DNA of 63,608 nucleotides. Source: Octopus bimaculoides. Lineage: Eukaryota. Under the pieces are notes generated by a model. That model was given only the letters and a program-made list of their open reading frames with translations, had not been told where the DNA came from and searched no databases. This document shows, piece after piece, positions 39,041 through 52,864 of the stretch. The stretch is taken from the NCBI RefSeq assembly GCF_001194135.2, contig NC_068993.1:41851901-41915508 (forward strand), in the 5' to 3' direction. The stretch's first letter is position 1, and the number at the start of each line of letters is the position of its first letter. The position numbers and the translations under genes are program-made.

Positions 39041-39748
39041 GTANNNNNNNNNNNNNNNNNNNNNNNNNNNNNNNNNNNNNNNNNNNNNNNNNNNNNNNNN
39101 NNNNNNNNNNNNNNNNNNNNNNNNNNNNNNNNNNNNNNNNNNNNNNNNNNNNNNNNNNNNNNNNNNNNNNNNNNNNNNNNNNNNNNNNNNNNNNNNNNNN
39201 NNNNNNNNNNNNNNNNNNNNNNNNNNNNNNNNNNNNNNNNNNNNNNNNNNNNNNNNNNNNNNNNNNNNNNNNNNNNNNNNNNNNNNNNNNNNNNNNNNNN
39301 NNNNNNNNNNNNNNNNNNNNNNNNNNNNNNNNNNNNNNNNNNNNNNNNNNNNNNNNNNNNNNNNNNNNNNNNNNNNNNNNNNNNNNNNNNNNNNNNNNNN
39401 NNNNNNNNNNNNNNNNNNNNNNNNNNNNNNNNNNNNNNNNNNNNNNNNNNNNNNNNNNNNNNNNNNNNNNNNNNNNNNNNNNNNNNNNNNNNNNNNNNNN
39501 NNNNNNNNNNNNNNNNNNNNNNNNNNNNNNNNNNNNNNNNNNNNNNNNNNNNNNNNNNNNNNNNNNNNNNNNNNNNNNNNNNNNNNNNNNNNNNNNNNNN
39601 NNNNNNNNNNNNNNNNNNNNNNNNNNNNNNNNNNNNNNNNNNNNNNNNNNNNNNNNNNNNNNNNNNNNNNNNNNNNNNNNNNNNNNNNNNNNNNNNNNNN
39701 NNNNNNNNNNNNNNNNNNNNNNNNNNNNNNNNNNNNNNNNNNNNNNNN

Positions 39749-40368
39749 AATACACACATAAATACACACATACACATATACACACGCACACACACCTCTC
39801 ACATACACAAACACACACATACACGTACACACATACACATACACACATGCACACACGCGCACACACCTCTCACATACACAATACTCACTCACATACACAA
39901 CACACACGCACGCACGAAAACATACACAATATACACAGACACGCACGCACAAAAAATATACACACACGCGCACACAAACGCACACGGACACACACATACA
40001 GACACACATAAACACACACGCGCATGCACACACACGCACCCGTACCTAACATTCACAACCCACACACATCACAATCCCACACACACACGCACTTCCACTC
40101 ACATACACACACACACGCACACACCCACATACACACGCACACACACTTCTCACCAACACAACACACTCACACATACACGCATACAATCACACACACATGG
40201 GCATAAACAACACACGCACATACAATAGCAAATGCACGCACACACACGTACACAGCAACGCACATATACACAACATACACATACACACAAACACACACGC
40301 ACGCACAAAAAGATACACATACACACACGCGCACGTACAAAATACACACACACACGCACACGTACCCA
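39749..40368. repeat. Cryptically simple CA/CG/TA alternating tract (620 bp contig between two gaps)
   Basis: Direct reading. Confidence 0.9.
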
Positions 40369-41176
40369 NNNNNNNNNNNNNNNNNNNNNNNNNNNNNNNN
40401 NNNNNNNNNNNNNNNNNNNNNNNNNNNNNNNNNNNNNNNNNNNNNNNNNNNNNNNNNNNNNNNNNNNNNNNNNNNNNNNNNNNNNNNNNNNNNNNNNNNN
40501 NNNNNNNNNNNNNNNNNNNNNNNNNNNNNNNNNNNNNNNNNNNNNNNNNNNNNNNNNNNNNNNNNNNNNNNNNNNNNNNNNNNNNNNNNNNNNNNNNNNN
40601 NNNNNNNNNNNNNNNNNNNNNNNNNNNNNNNNNNNNNNNNNNNNNNNNNNNNNNNNNNNNNNNNNNNNNNNNNNNNNNNNNNNNNNNNNNNNNNNNNNNN
40701 NNNNNNNNNNNNNNNNNNNNNNNNNNNNNNNNNNNNNNNNNNNNNNNNNNNNNNNNNNNNNNNNNNNNNNNNNNNNNNNNNNNNNNNNNNNNNNNNNNNN
40801 NNNNNNNNNNNNNNNNNNNNNNNNNNNNNNNNNNNNNNNNNNNNNNNNNNNNNNNNNNNNNNNNNNNNNNNNNNNNNNNNNNNNNNNNNNNNNNNNNNNN
40901 NNNNNNNNNNNNNNNNNNNNNNNNNNNNNNNNNNNNNNNNNNNNNNNNNNNNNNNNNNNNNNNNNNNNNNNNNNNNNNNNNNNNNNNNNNNNNNNNNNNN
41001 NNTATATATATATATATACGTTTTTTTTATGTAACTATGGTAAAATCCAAGTTGTGTCCTCTTGAATCACATCTGCAAGTGAAACATGTATAATGGTGAA
41101 TAAATATTACCAAAACATTTTCCATCCTGTTTCCACACAAACACACATACATACACGCACGCACACACACGCACAC

Positions 41177-41217
<41 letters not shown>

Positions 41218-41590
41218 TACATATATATAGACACATGTATACATATGTGTGCACGGATGTGTTTGGGATATTGCGTGTGCATGCGAGTGTGTGTGGGATA
41301 TTGCGTGTGCATGCGAGTGTGTGAGTGTTGTACCTTTAGTGATAATAAAAGCTGTATTTATGACTCTCTACTAGTCATCCGAACCTGGAGATAGAAGTAG
41401 AGAGAGAGCGGGGTGTGGGTAATGGAATGACAGACGGAGTTAAGTATCCTCAATTCTGCTTACAACAGAGTCTATTGTAGATGCTCAAGATGCCAGGTCA
41501 AGGTGTTAAACTGAGTAACGTCTTATACAAGTACAGAAGCCCCTCGCCATATCACGATTCAAATACCGCAAGACATCCGGTTTGATGCAT

Positions 41591-41935
41591 AAAGGTAAAG
41601 ATCCCCTTCGGTCATGAAAAATTATGGGATTGCACCTAGAAAGTTCCTCATTCGAAGCACAAATCCGGGCAAGGTTGCTTATGGAAGACCAGCAGTCACC
41701 CATGCATTTCACCCCCATCCCCTATAATCTTCACGGCACCGATGTTAGCCAAAGTAAAGGCCGATACAGCTTCGCACCAGTGACGTCGCAACTCATTTCT
41801 ACAGCTGAGTGAACTGGAGCAACGTGAGATAAAGTGTCTCCTTCAAGAACACAACACACACACACACACCGGTCCGAGATTCGAACTCACTACCAGATGA
41901 TTGTGAACACGAAGCTCTAACCACTGAGCACATAC
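41591..41935 (-). mobile_element. SINE family C, near full length (tRNA-like head, Meta/V/CORE-like central domain)
   Basis: Reverse complement gctcagtggttagagc...gagttcgaatc (A and B boxes), tgtgttcttgaaggagacacttt..ttgctccagttcactcagctgtagaaatgagt, 3' ...catgaccgaaggggatctttaccttt. Superfamily assignment uncertain. Confidence 0.82.
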
Positions 41936-42068
41936 ACGCACCCCCCTCCCCCCTCTCCCTCTCTCTCTCTCTCTTACACACACATACATAGGTGCTCTTC
42001 CAAACACACATGTAATAAATATGGTAACTTGTGTTATCATAATATAATTCCCAGGCGAAAATTAACGC

Positions 42069-42400
42069 GAGATCTAAATATGACGGGCTTTCACACACTG
42101 TTCTCCTCAACTGAATTTCACTGGCATATATACATCTATAGATATGGACCTCCGTCGGTTTCAGCGATGAGGATTTAGCTGTTCAACCAACGTGCTCTTT
42201 GAACTAGCGTGAAAGTGATTTGACATGGAGGTGACATTGTGTTGCCGTAACATAAAACTTAGCTAAAAATGTACTTGTCACCGTGTGTAAGAGAAGATCT
42301 AAATATGATGTGCTTCCACTCTTTTCTCCTCGACCGAATTTCACTAACAAGTCACGTTTCGAAGCGAGGCAATGACAAAAGACATTATTCCGTAATGTCC
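42069..42400 (-). mobile_element. Two diverged SINE-B-like remnants (42069-42122 and 42295-42400)
   Basis: Both begin agatctaaatatga.g.gctt.cac and end gaatttcact, resembling the minus strand of family B. Confidence 0.45.
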
Positions 42401-42489
42401 TGCTGTAAAACCAAATAATGCTTCATGATTGCAAAGCGGATATCTAATGCATGTGACCATGCTCCATTCTTACAAACAGATAATTTTAA

Positions 42490-42554
<65 letters not shown>

Positions 42555-42979
42555 TACACACACACACGGGTGCACGCCCCCACCACAACACACACACAAA
42601 AACAAGGATACGCACACATACATCTACAATTATTGCTGACGCTATAAAAATTTTGAGTGAACATGAAATAATTCTGTTGTAGAAGAGTACATCTCGGAGT
42701 ACACATTTATCTAGAAATAATAGCATGTAAATATTGGGTTAAAAAAAACTGGGGAAGAGAAATAAGTCGATGAGAAGATTTGAACCCAGAAAGCAATGAG
42801 AAGATTTGAACCCAGAAAGCAAAGAGACAAAACAAATGCCGAAAGTCGTCTGGAGTGACACACACAAACACACTTGCTTACGTACATACATATTACGACA
42901 AACATACACACACATATGAATATATGCATATATCTATATATATGTATACACAAATCCCTCTCTCCCTCTCCCTCTCTCT

Positions 42980-42990
42980 CTGAATATATG

Positions 42991-43029
<39 letters not shown>

Positions 43030-43052
43030 ACGTACGTATATGCGCGCTTATA

Positions 43053-43094
<42 letters not shown>

Positions 43095-43154
43095 TATAAT
43101 ATATATATATTTATATATGTATATATATATGTATATAAAATGTATAATATATAG

Positions 43155-43208
<54 letters not shown>
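42980..43208. repeat. Long interrupted (TA)n array
   Basis: Direct reading. Confidence 0.95.
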
Positions 43209-43210
<2 letters not shown>

Positions 43211-43780
43211 TGCATCAATAAATTTCTGATATTTCTTGTATCATAAATCTCACATTATTTTGTAAATTTTTAACGTTATATTATTGTTAGTGTGGAAGAA
43301 GAAAAAAAAACAATGTTTTGTTGATTTATCACATACGTAAGGGAGCTGGAGTTATAGAACTGTAGAAGTCTGGTGGTTGCTGTGATAATAAAGATTAAAA
43401 ACCTATTGCTTTTAGTTTCCTTTTACATTTTCCGGAATATATGACGAAGTATGTATTGCAATATATCATACACGTCAAAAACACGATGCTGAATATTAAA
43501 AAGAAAATATTCAAACACGCCCATAGAAATTTCATGAAATGTTTTAAAATACTTCAACGGTATTTTAGAGGATCCATATTTTATAGTTCCTGTGTGAAAA
43601 AAAAATATATAAAGCTTTATGCAGCATCATTAAAATTTGGAAGACTGCTAACTATATTTCTTGATCAGAGTATTATTCATCGAAGCACACGCAAGCACAT
43701 CTATCTATCTATCTATATATCTATCTATCTATCTTATCTATCTATCTATCTATCCATCTATCTATCTATCTGTCTGTCTA

Positions 43781-43885
<105 letters not shown>

Positions 43886-43920
43886 GAGTGCACCTACACA
43901 CACAAACACACACACACATG

Positions 43921-44500
43921 CAGGAGTTGGACAAAATAATGGAAACACCTTAAAGTTGCAAGTAAATCTATTTTAATATGGGACAGTACCGCCTTTGGCA
44001 GTAATTACAGCTTGAATTTTACCAGTTATGGATTGTTTCCAAAGGAATTTCTGTCCATTCTTCAGCTAAAACAGTCTCCAGTTCTTGTAGCAATGATGGT
44101 GGAAGATAACGACTCCTAACTTGTTTTTCTAAAATGGACCATAAATATCCAATAATATTGAGATCTGGGGACTGAGGTGGCCAGACAAGATGTTCAACTT
44201 TACTAGAATGTTCCACTTGCCATTCAGTAACAACTATAGCTGTGTGAATTGGCGCATTATCATCCTGAAATATTGCTTTTCCCTCCAGAAACAGTTCTGT
44301 AATCATAAGATGAATTTGATCAGATAGAATGCTTAAATAGTCTTCACTATTAATTCTGCCATGAAGGGAAACCATTGGGCCGGCAGATTTCCAAGATATA
44401 GCCCCCACAAGATCATCACAGATCCTCCTCCGTTTTTAACAGTTGGAAGTAGGCAGTGTGGGTCAAATGCTTCTTTTGGCTGTCTCCACACGTATATCGA
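43921..44500 (-). mobile_element. Tc1-like transposase 3' half with TIR; D36(E) spacing, third catalytic codon mutated to GGA
   Basis: VWRQPKEAFDPHCLLPTVKNGGGSVM, FQDDNAPIHTA...WPPQSPDLNII(G)YLW. TIR caggagttggacaaaataatggaaacacc at 43921. Confidence 0.92.
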
Positions 44501-44677
44501 CAGAAAAAAGAAAGAGAGAGAGAAAGAGAGAGAGACAGAGAGACTGAGAGACAGAGTGACAGAGACACATAGAGAGAGAGAGAGACGATTATGAAGGTGA
44601 TGCACAAAATATGAGTACAGGTATATTTTTAAAAATATTTATCAGAAATAACTCAAGGCTCGAGACCTTCGAGCGTT

Positions 44678-44745
<68 letters not shown>

Positions 44746-44756
44746 GGCACACCCAC

Positions 44757-44793
<37 letters not shown>

Positions 44794-46162
44794 AGTCTTA
44801 GCAAACTAAAAGTAAATTTCTATAAAGTTGAAAATAATATATGGTTTTATCCAATTACCACCCGCTAAATTGATTATTGGCCAACTCGAGGTCATGGAAA
44901 GAAGATGCTAGAAATGGAAGGTTGCTTAACACATCTCTAAATCATATAGCAGTGTCTGTTTTATAAATATTTCACCAAACATGCATTTAAAAACTCCACA
45001 GTGAAAACTTAAACGGATTTCTGTTTGGCAGAAGTTAACACAAATTTGACTGAGTGAATATGCCCAACCAGCTAAAATTCAAAGAAAACTTTTCACCCTC
45101 CACTAGAGTCTTATAATTTGTCTTTACTCCTCACACCACTTTATTTCTTTCTTTCCACACTCCACAAGGCTTTTAAACAACCTTAGAAGAAATCTCTTAT
45201 GCCTCATTATTCAATAAATCGAAGGTTTTCCTTCTCCTGTAATCCATGTTCTTCAAATATTTCGATAGATCAAAGTTTTTCGTCTTCCAATAACTGTAAG
45301 AGAAATCACATGCCTTTTATTTTCGATCATTCGATAAATCAAATTCTTCCTTGCTCCGATAGCCAGCACGTTGAAATATTTTGATAATTTTAGTCACCCT
45401 ATATCAAGAGTTCGCTTTTTAACAGTAAAAGGGGCAACATTTAGACTTACTGTAGAATTGCATCTCTCGAACCCATAAAGATGCATTGATGGAAAATATA
45501 CAGCTACTATAAACATATATTGTATATATATATATATATGCATAGATATAGATATATATAAAGGAAGATATGTATACATATATATATATATATATAAACA
45601 CATACACTTATATGTATATATATGTATGTATGTGAGTGTGTCTATATATGTATGTATATATACACATATAGACGAGATATTTTGTAACAATACATATATT
45701 TTGTAGCATATTTAGACCAGCTTTACATGGAAAGGTTCTTGAATCTCATCATTATCACCTTTCTCAAGCGTAGATTTCCTTAGCTGCTATTTATTCTTTT
45801 ATGAGTTCCATTCCTAAGGATGTGGTCGCGCAGCAGATAATTCGTGCTGTAGAGTATCTCATAAACCTTTAATTATCTATGTCGTTCAAATACACGCCAC
45901 TGATCACTCTGAGTTATATCCCTTAGCTCAGCTCTGTTTACACACACAGAGGACACACACATACACACACACACACACATACACACACGCACACACACAC
46001 GCACACGCACACACACACAGAGGACATGCAAACACACGCGCACAAACGTTAAAAGTACACACGACTGTAATAATTCAGCATGATTATTAAGGTTAGTTAT
46101 ATGACCAAAGAGCTCAATATTCGTAGCCGAACGACGGAGATCCACCATCATCACCATCACAC

Positions 46163-46252
<90 letters not shown>

Positions 46253-46740
46253 ATACACACATACACAAACACACATACACAAACACACACACGTCTATAT
46301 AAGTCATTTCGTAACTCAAGACTAAAATACACTTACCTTTCCTGAAGAGATCAGACAAAATTCAAATTAGTGCATCCTTTAATGTTATAATTATTGATGA
46401 TTCTTAAATATTGTTATATTGAAACATATATATGTATGTAGAATATTTTAAAAAATATTTTGGGGTTATTTTGTTGGTTGAGGGGGGTTCCTTTTATACT
46501 CTTATACATATAATTTTGTCATCTTTTAGTTTGCATTACTTTTCCCATTGTAATACAAATACAACGAGCCAAGCATTTTTCTTCTCCATTTTCTATTTTT
46601 GACTTTTAAATTTTATGAAACTGTTTATACACATGTACATTGATGATCTTCCTATCAATGTATTTGGTTAAACCCAGTCGGCGTCATGATTGCTTTTAAC
46701 AATCGTTTATGTGGATATTGCTTCCTCACATTCTGAATGC

Positions 46741-46795
<55 letters not shown>

Positions 46796-47948
46796 NNNNN
46801 NNNNNNNNNNNNNNNNNNNNNNNNNNNNNNNNNNNNNNNNNNNNNNNNNNNNNNNNNNNNNNNNNNNNNNNNNNNNNNNNNNNNNNNNNNNNNNNNNNNN
46901 NNNNNNNNNNNNNNNNNNNNNNNNNNNNNNNNNNNNNNNNNNNNNNNNNNNNNNNNNNNNNNNNNNNNNNNNNNNNNNNNNNNNNNNNNNNNNNNNNNNN
47001 NNNNNNNNNNNNNNNNNNNNNNNNNNNNNNNNNNNNNNNNNNNNNNNNNNNNNNNNNNNNNNNNNNNNNNNNNNNNNNNNNNNNNNNNNNNNNNNNNNNN
47101 NNNNNNNNNNNNNNNNNNNNNNNNNNNNNNNNNNNNNNNNNNNNNNNNNNNNNNNNNNNNNNNNNNNNNNNNNNNNNNNNNNNNNNNNNNNNNNNNNNNN
47201 NNNNNNNNNNNNNNNNNNNNNNNNNNNNNNNNNNNNNNNNNNNNNNNNNNNNNNNNNNNNNNNNNNNNNNNNNNNNNNNNNNNNNNNNNNNNNNNNNNNN
47301 NNNNNNNNNNNNNNNNNNNNNNNNNNNNNNNNNNNNNNNNNNNNNNNNNNNNNNNNNNNNNNNNNNNNNNNNNNNNNNNNNNNNNNNNTATATATATATA
47401 TATATATGTATATATATAAGCATGCAGGTATTTATATATGTGCATATTAACACGATATTTATATGGGTAGTGTTACCTCGTATTTCGCCCGAATAAGTAA
47501 GCTTCAAATTTGATTTTCTGCCTTCGTTTGAAACCCATCTTTTAATTATACTTCTACGCTTGAGAAAGGCATAAATGTTGCACATCATATAGTAACCCCA
47601 TTTAATTACTATACTTTTAAAATATGTTTCTTTTTAATTGTAATGGTACTAGATATAATCAACTTTTAAACATATATCCTATGATAAAACAAAGCGCGTT
47701 TTAAACCACAATCATTTCAATGTTTTGGACTAATACTTTTTAAGCAATGACTTGATAAACCTCATTAGCATATGTTGTTAGAAAACTAGTTAACTACTTG
47801 GGTGTGTTTTTAAAACGAGCAAAGATGGCCTAATATAAAAAAAATATGTCTTTCTATAATTTCCGTTCACATTAGATGGTAGGTGGTGTTAAAGAACACA
47901 CCCAAATATATAAAAGTTTCAATGAAGATACACACGTACATATACATA

Positions 47949-48001
<53 letters not shown>

Positions 48002-48069
48002 ATAAGCTGAGAGAATGAAATAGGTACGTAGGTGCGTTACATACATGCATACATACATACACGCATACA

Positions 48070-48655
48070 TGATGGTTGCAAAATCGTGATCGAGTATAGC
48101 CATCACCTGATCGAAAGTCCCAAACATTCAAAGGCTACGACCAGTCATTTTTGTGATAGGTCTTACATTTTTTCCAAGCGATGCCTGTGCATGATGATTT
48201 TTTATAGTGGGGAAGTATTTGCACAGATCCAATCACACTTTCTGAACATGGATAACATAAACTCGAAAAGGAGACTTAGTCTACATCATCGAATATTGTC
48301 AGTGTTGCAGGTTTTCTCTCAGAGTTTCCTTCTCCTAGAGAGATGTGACAACAACGGAGGGGCCTCTCATTCCCAGAAAGCCAACTGCCTGCCTCCATAC
48401 CAACCCAGATCTTCCCACGTCCTCACGCATACACACATGTATACATACACATGTACATATATTGTTGGATGGCCGTTGATTGCTTATGAGCTCGTCCGTC
48501 CTTTGACAGGTTTTATTTTTCGTCCTGCAGAGTGTCCAACAATTGCCCACCTCTCCAAGCAAGCTTGATGGGGTTGCCGGTTTAGTCGCCGACGACCTGA
48601 CAATGCGACAGGTTGTAGTGGGTTACATGTTACCAGTTGCACCCTAGAGCGACCT
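48070..48655 (-). mobile_element. Probable RTE-like LINE 5' region relic
   Basis: GC-richer block. The minus strand carries ggagaaggaaactctga, which I recall as an RTE 5' motif, and a LNVWDFRS segment resembling the APE N-terminal TWNVRS. Weak to moderate. Confidence 0.35.
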
Positions 48656-48691
48656 GACATACATAATACATACATATCTACATACATACAC

Positions 48692-48749
<58 letters not shown>

Positions 48750-48865
48750 GAACACATACACATATGTAGGTATACATACATTCATACATATATCTATATA
48801 TATTACAGTTTGCCATATATATTACACGTGTCTGTGTGTGAAGATGTGTGTTGACTTCAAGTAAA

Positions 48866-48975
48866 TAAATCCATGGGTTCGAATCCTCTACCGGGAAGCT
48901 CATTGCGATTTTGCACAAGACCTCTCATTTGATTTTATTCCAGTTCATTTCCTTGTAAATGAGTACCAGCTGACT
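48866..48975 (+). mobile_element. SINE relic (family C-like)
   Basis: gggttcgaatcc B box, then ttccagttcatttccttgtaaatgagtaccagctg. Confidence 0.55.
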
Positions 48976-49169
48976 GTTGGTGCAGCCCAGTCTCCTTCCA
49001 ACTTTCAAAAGCTTGATATTCTATTGGATCAATGATGGGAGGTTTGAGTATATGCTCACGACCCCACAGGCATCCAAAATAATTATGGAAAGCAGAATAC
49101 TTTCTATGTCAAGCAGGCTTGCGTGTAACAGGTGTAACAGTTTTTTTTCTCTCTCTCTCTGTATATACA

Positions 49170-49224
<55 letters not shown>

Positions 49225-49706
49225 NNNNNNNNNNNNNNNNNNNNNNNNNNNNNNNNNNNNNNNNNNNNNNNNNNNNNNNNNNNNNNNNNNNNNNNNNNNN
49301 NNNNNNNNNNNNNNNNNNNNNNNNNNNNNNNNNNNNNNNNNNNNNNNNNNNNNNNNNNNNNNNNNNNNNNNNNNNNNNNNNNNNNNNNNNNNNNNNNNNN
49401 NNNNNNNNNNNNNNNNNNNNNNNNNNNNNNNNNNNNNNNNNNNNNNNNNNNNNNNNNNNNNNNNNNNNNNNNNNNNNNNNNNNNNNNNNNNNNNNNNNNN
49501 NNNNNNNNNNNNNNNNNNNNNNNNNNNNNNNNNNNNNNNNNNNNNNNNNNNNNNNNNNNNNNNNNNNNNNNNNNNNNNNNNNNNNNNNNNNNNNNNNNNN
49601 NNNNNNNNNNNNNNNNNNNNNNNNNNNNTGTCTGTGTCTATTTGTATATATATGCATGTATATATATATGTATATGTATGTGTATATATATATATATGTG
49701 TGTGTA

Positions 49707-49760
<54 letters not shown>

Positions 49761-51156
49761 TATATATGTGCTCGTGTGTGAGCATAAGTGTATGTTTATG
49801 TATGTATGTAATCACAAACGAAATTAGAAGTGTTTACCAATAGACCTGGAAGAAAATATTTCTACATCAGTAAAGAATCCTTGAATTGAAATAGACCATT
49901 CCTGTTTCACAAACAGACCACACTGAATGGTTGTGACAGAATGGATTCCATGGAGATGGTGGAAATAATGCATTTCTAATAGATTTGAGCAAACATGTTA
50001 TGGCTGCCATGGTTAGAGTAAGAGATACATAAGTGCAATTTAGAGTATTGGTTAATTCCCATTCCTGGCATTTCTTTCTTGTCTAACAGAATGAAGTTTA
50101 ACGATAAAGACTTGTTTCCATAAATGCTTAGAGATTTTGCGAGCGCTTACAACGGAAGTAAGTGAAGGTAAGAGCAGCGCACTGAAGTTTCGTTTATATT
50201 TGATAATTCTATGCAGTGAATATTGATATGCATCGAAGTATCGGCTTGTTTATTCAGTATATAATGTTTAGGTATCCATTAAAATCAACTGTATTAGGTA
50301 TCTGTTGATAATTCTCTCTGACAATAACTTCATGTTTGCTTCCCATTAGGAGAATAAATATAATAAGATTATTAGATGCAAAGATTGCTTCTCCTGGTTC
50401 ATTGGCTTATTTTAGAGCAGATATCACTATATCTGACATTTTGATACTATCATCAGGATCAAGTTCGTTTTGTTTCCATTTGTACGGTAAGATAGCCCCA
50501 TTATTTCTTCAAGGCCTTATAATGTGTGTTAAATCAGAGATTATGGTTAGCGATCATATTTAAAAATAGACCAATTTTTATATAGGGTATTGTGTTGGAA
50601 GCATAATCTTTAATAATATATGATGATTGTATAAAAATGCGAGTCTAATCTCTTCGTCAACCACATTATCTCCTTTATTACTCTTAACACAATAACTTGC
50701 AGCTATTCTGAAGCAGCCGTTTTTCATACGCATACGAGTATATATTCTAACTTTCAGAAAGAAAAACAGATACATACAGTTATAACCTTGATTTTTATGG
50801 TCACCCAAGAAGAATATAATATTATTTATGGGAATACTGATGAATTCTTATTTGGGTTTTATGATTCCAGTCTTTTTAGTTGGCTTCAAGTAGCTGCTAT
50901 AAATCACTGTCATCGGAGGCTTAGAAGAACTACATTAACCAAAAAGTAATCTTAGAATACAAGTAATAATCACATCGTTTCAAGCATGTGTGTAAAATGT
51001 ACGTCCAATGATGTTAGGAATATTTTATTGTATGACCTAAATCTGTATCACATGATGTCTCCAGATATATTCTTGTTACAAATGCAAAATCTATCTAAAT
51101 AGGTTCAAATTCAACTCACATAGTCTCAAATACATACATTTATAATCTGTAAACTG

Positions 51157-51212
<56 letters not shown>

Positions 51213-51222
51213 GTGCATCATT

Positions 51223-51248
<26 letters not shown>

Positions 51249-51253
<5 letters not shown>

Positions 51254-52490
51254 TCACAGAGGACAAAAGTAAACAGACACAAATATAATCATTAAAATCT
51301 ATTTAAACCTAAAATTATATATTCAAGTTATTTTTCAACTGTTATAATGTGAATATGTAATATTTAGTAGGCATTCGCTTTGCATTTTTCAATGGAAGGA
51401 CATTATTAGGCTTGTTACTGATCAAATGACGAATATTCTCTTGCGGAATGTTTTGCCAAGTTTCATGCCATAATCTCAAAAAAATTGGCTTTGAAGATGC
51501 TTTCTTGTTCTTTTATGAAGTGCCCTGTCCATTATGCCCGAGGGCTGTTCAATAGGGTTCATATCTGGTAACTAGCTTCACCATGGAAGCTTTTTAATAC
51601 TATCCTTATCCAACAAATGTTATGTAATTTTAACCGTGTGACAAGGAGCCCCATCTTCCATTAATGAAGAGTCTTTAATCATTTCACCCCTAGAGATATT
51701 GGACGGAGTCCTTTCTACAATATGGACACATTTATCTCAGTTTGTTTCCCCCACGCTCCACCAACTCTGATCAACCATTACTCCAAATTGCTCCCCAAAC
51801 CATCACAGAAAAGCTGCCGTATTTCATTGTTGGCTGCAATCTTTTGATATCAAATTCTTGATCACAGTGTCCAAACACACAGTCGACCACTGTCAGGAAA
51901 TACAGCAAATCTGGTCTTATCGGAGGATATGACAGTGTCCAAAAATGATAGTGGCCTCTCCACCATCTCACTGGCCAAATATTTTCTCCGCTTGATGTTG
52001 GCTGGTCGAAGAAGTGGCTTCCTTCTTGCTGCTCTGCCATAGTAACCAAGTTTGAGGACATATCTGACAGCTGTTCTGGGACTGACATCAACTTGTTCTG
52101 CTATGTTAGAGGCCTTACAACGAGTATTATACTCTCCACTTTTCTTAGCAAAGAGAAGGGTCCTGTCAGAGGGCCATGGTTGATCTGGGCGAGATCATGT
52201 GGCCTCCTTCCCTTCCCTGATGAATTGCACAACCAAATATTAACTGTTGAAAATGGGATCCCAAGATTTTCTGCGATTTTACGCTGACTATGTCCACCTT
52301 CAGAATGACCCACAATACAGCCTCTTTGAAATTCAGATAGTTCTGAGGCTTCTTTTGTACATGGCCTGATTAAACAGTCTGATATAGAACCTGACTTTAA
52401 AATATCAGTTAATAAAAAGACATAGCGTTACAAGTTAAAATAAACATAAAACGATATTTTATGGGGTGACTATTTTCCTCTGTCATGCCT
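51249..52490 (-). mobile_element. Near full-length decayed Tc1 (DD34E) transposon, about 1.24 kb, between two (TA)n arrays
   Basis: N-terminal [50 protein letters not shown]...W*S*LPDMNPIE (34 residues D to E). Degenerate TIRs cactcacagaggacaaaagt / caggcatgacagaggaaaatagt. Confidence 0.88.
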
Positions 52491-52539
52491 GCATATATAT
52501 ATATATGTGTGTGTGTGTGCGTGTGTGTGTGTGCATATG

Positions 52540-52612
<73 letters not shown>

Positions 52613-52864
52613 ATGTATATATGTATGTATAAATATATATGTATAATATGTATATGTGTTTGTTTGTATACAGATGCACGCACATACATATACACATATA
52701 CACACATTTGCTGGTAACGACACCATATTTCATTATAAAAAACATACATATTTTACCAAGTATATATATGTCATTACTGTGTTTCACCTGCATCACCAGT
52801 GCTATTAATTCAATTTTTAATGTTACTTCTATAAATATTCTATATAAACTAAAGCGACCACTGA

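Noticed and set aside
41880-41935. tRNA-like A/B boxes here and at 16850-16911, 33801-33890 and 48866-48890
   Set aside because: These are SINE heads continuous with SINE bodies. No complete cloverleaf or acceptor stem is present.
48032-48568. 178-aa + strand ORF, the longest N-free one
   Set aside because: It starts in and crosses microsatellites, overlaps a probable LINE relic on the opposite strand, and has no domain resemblance.
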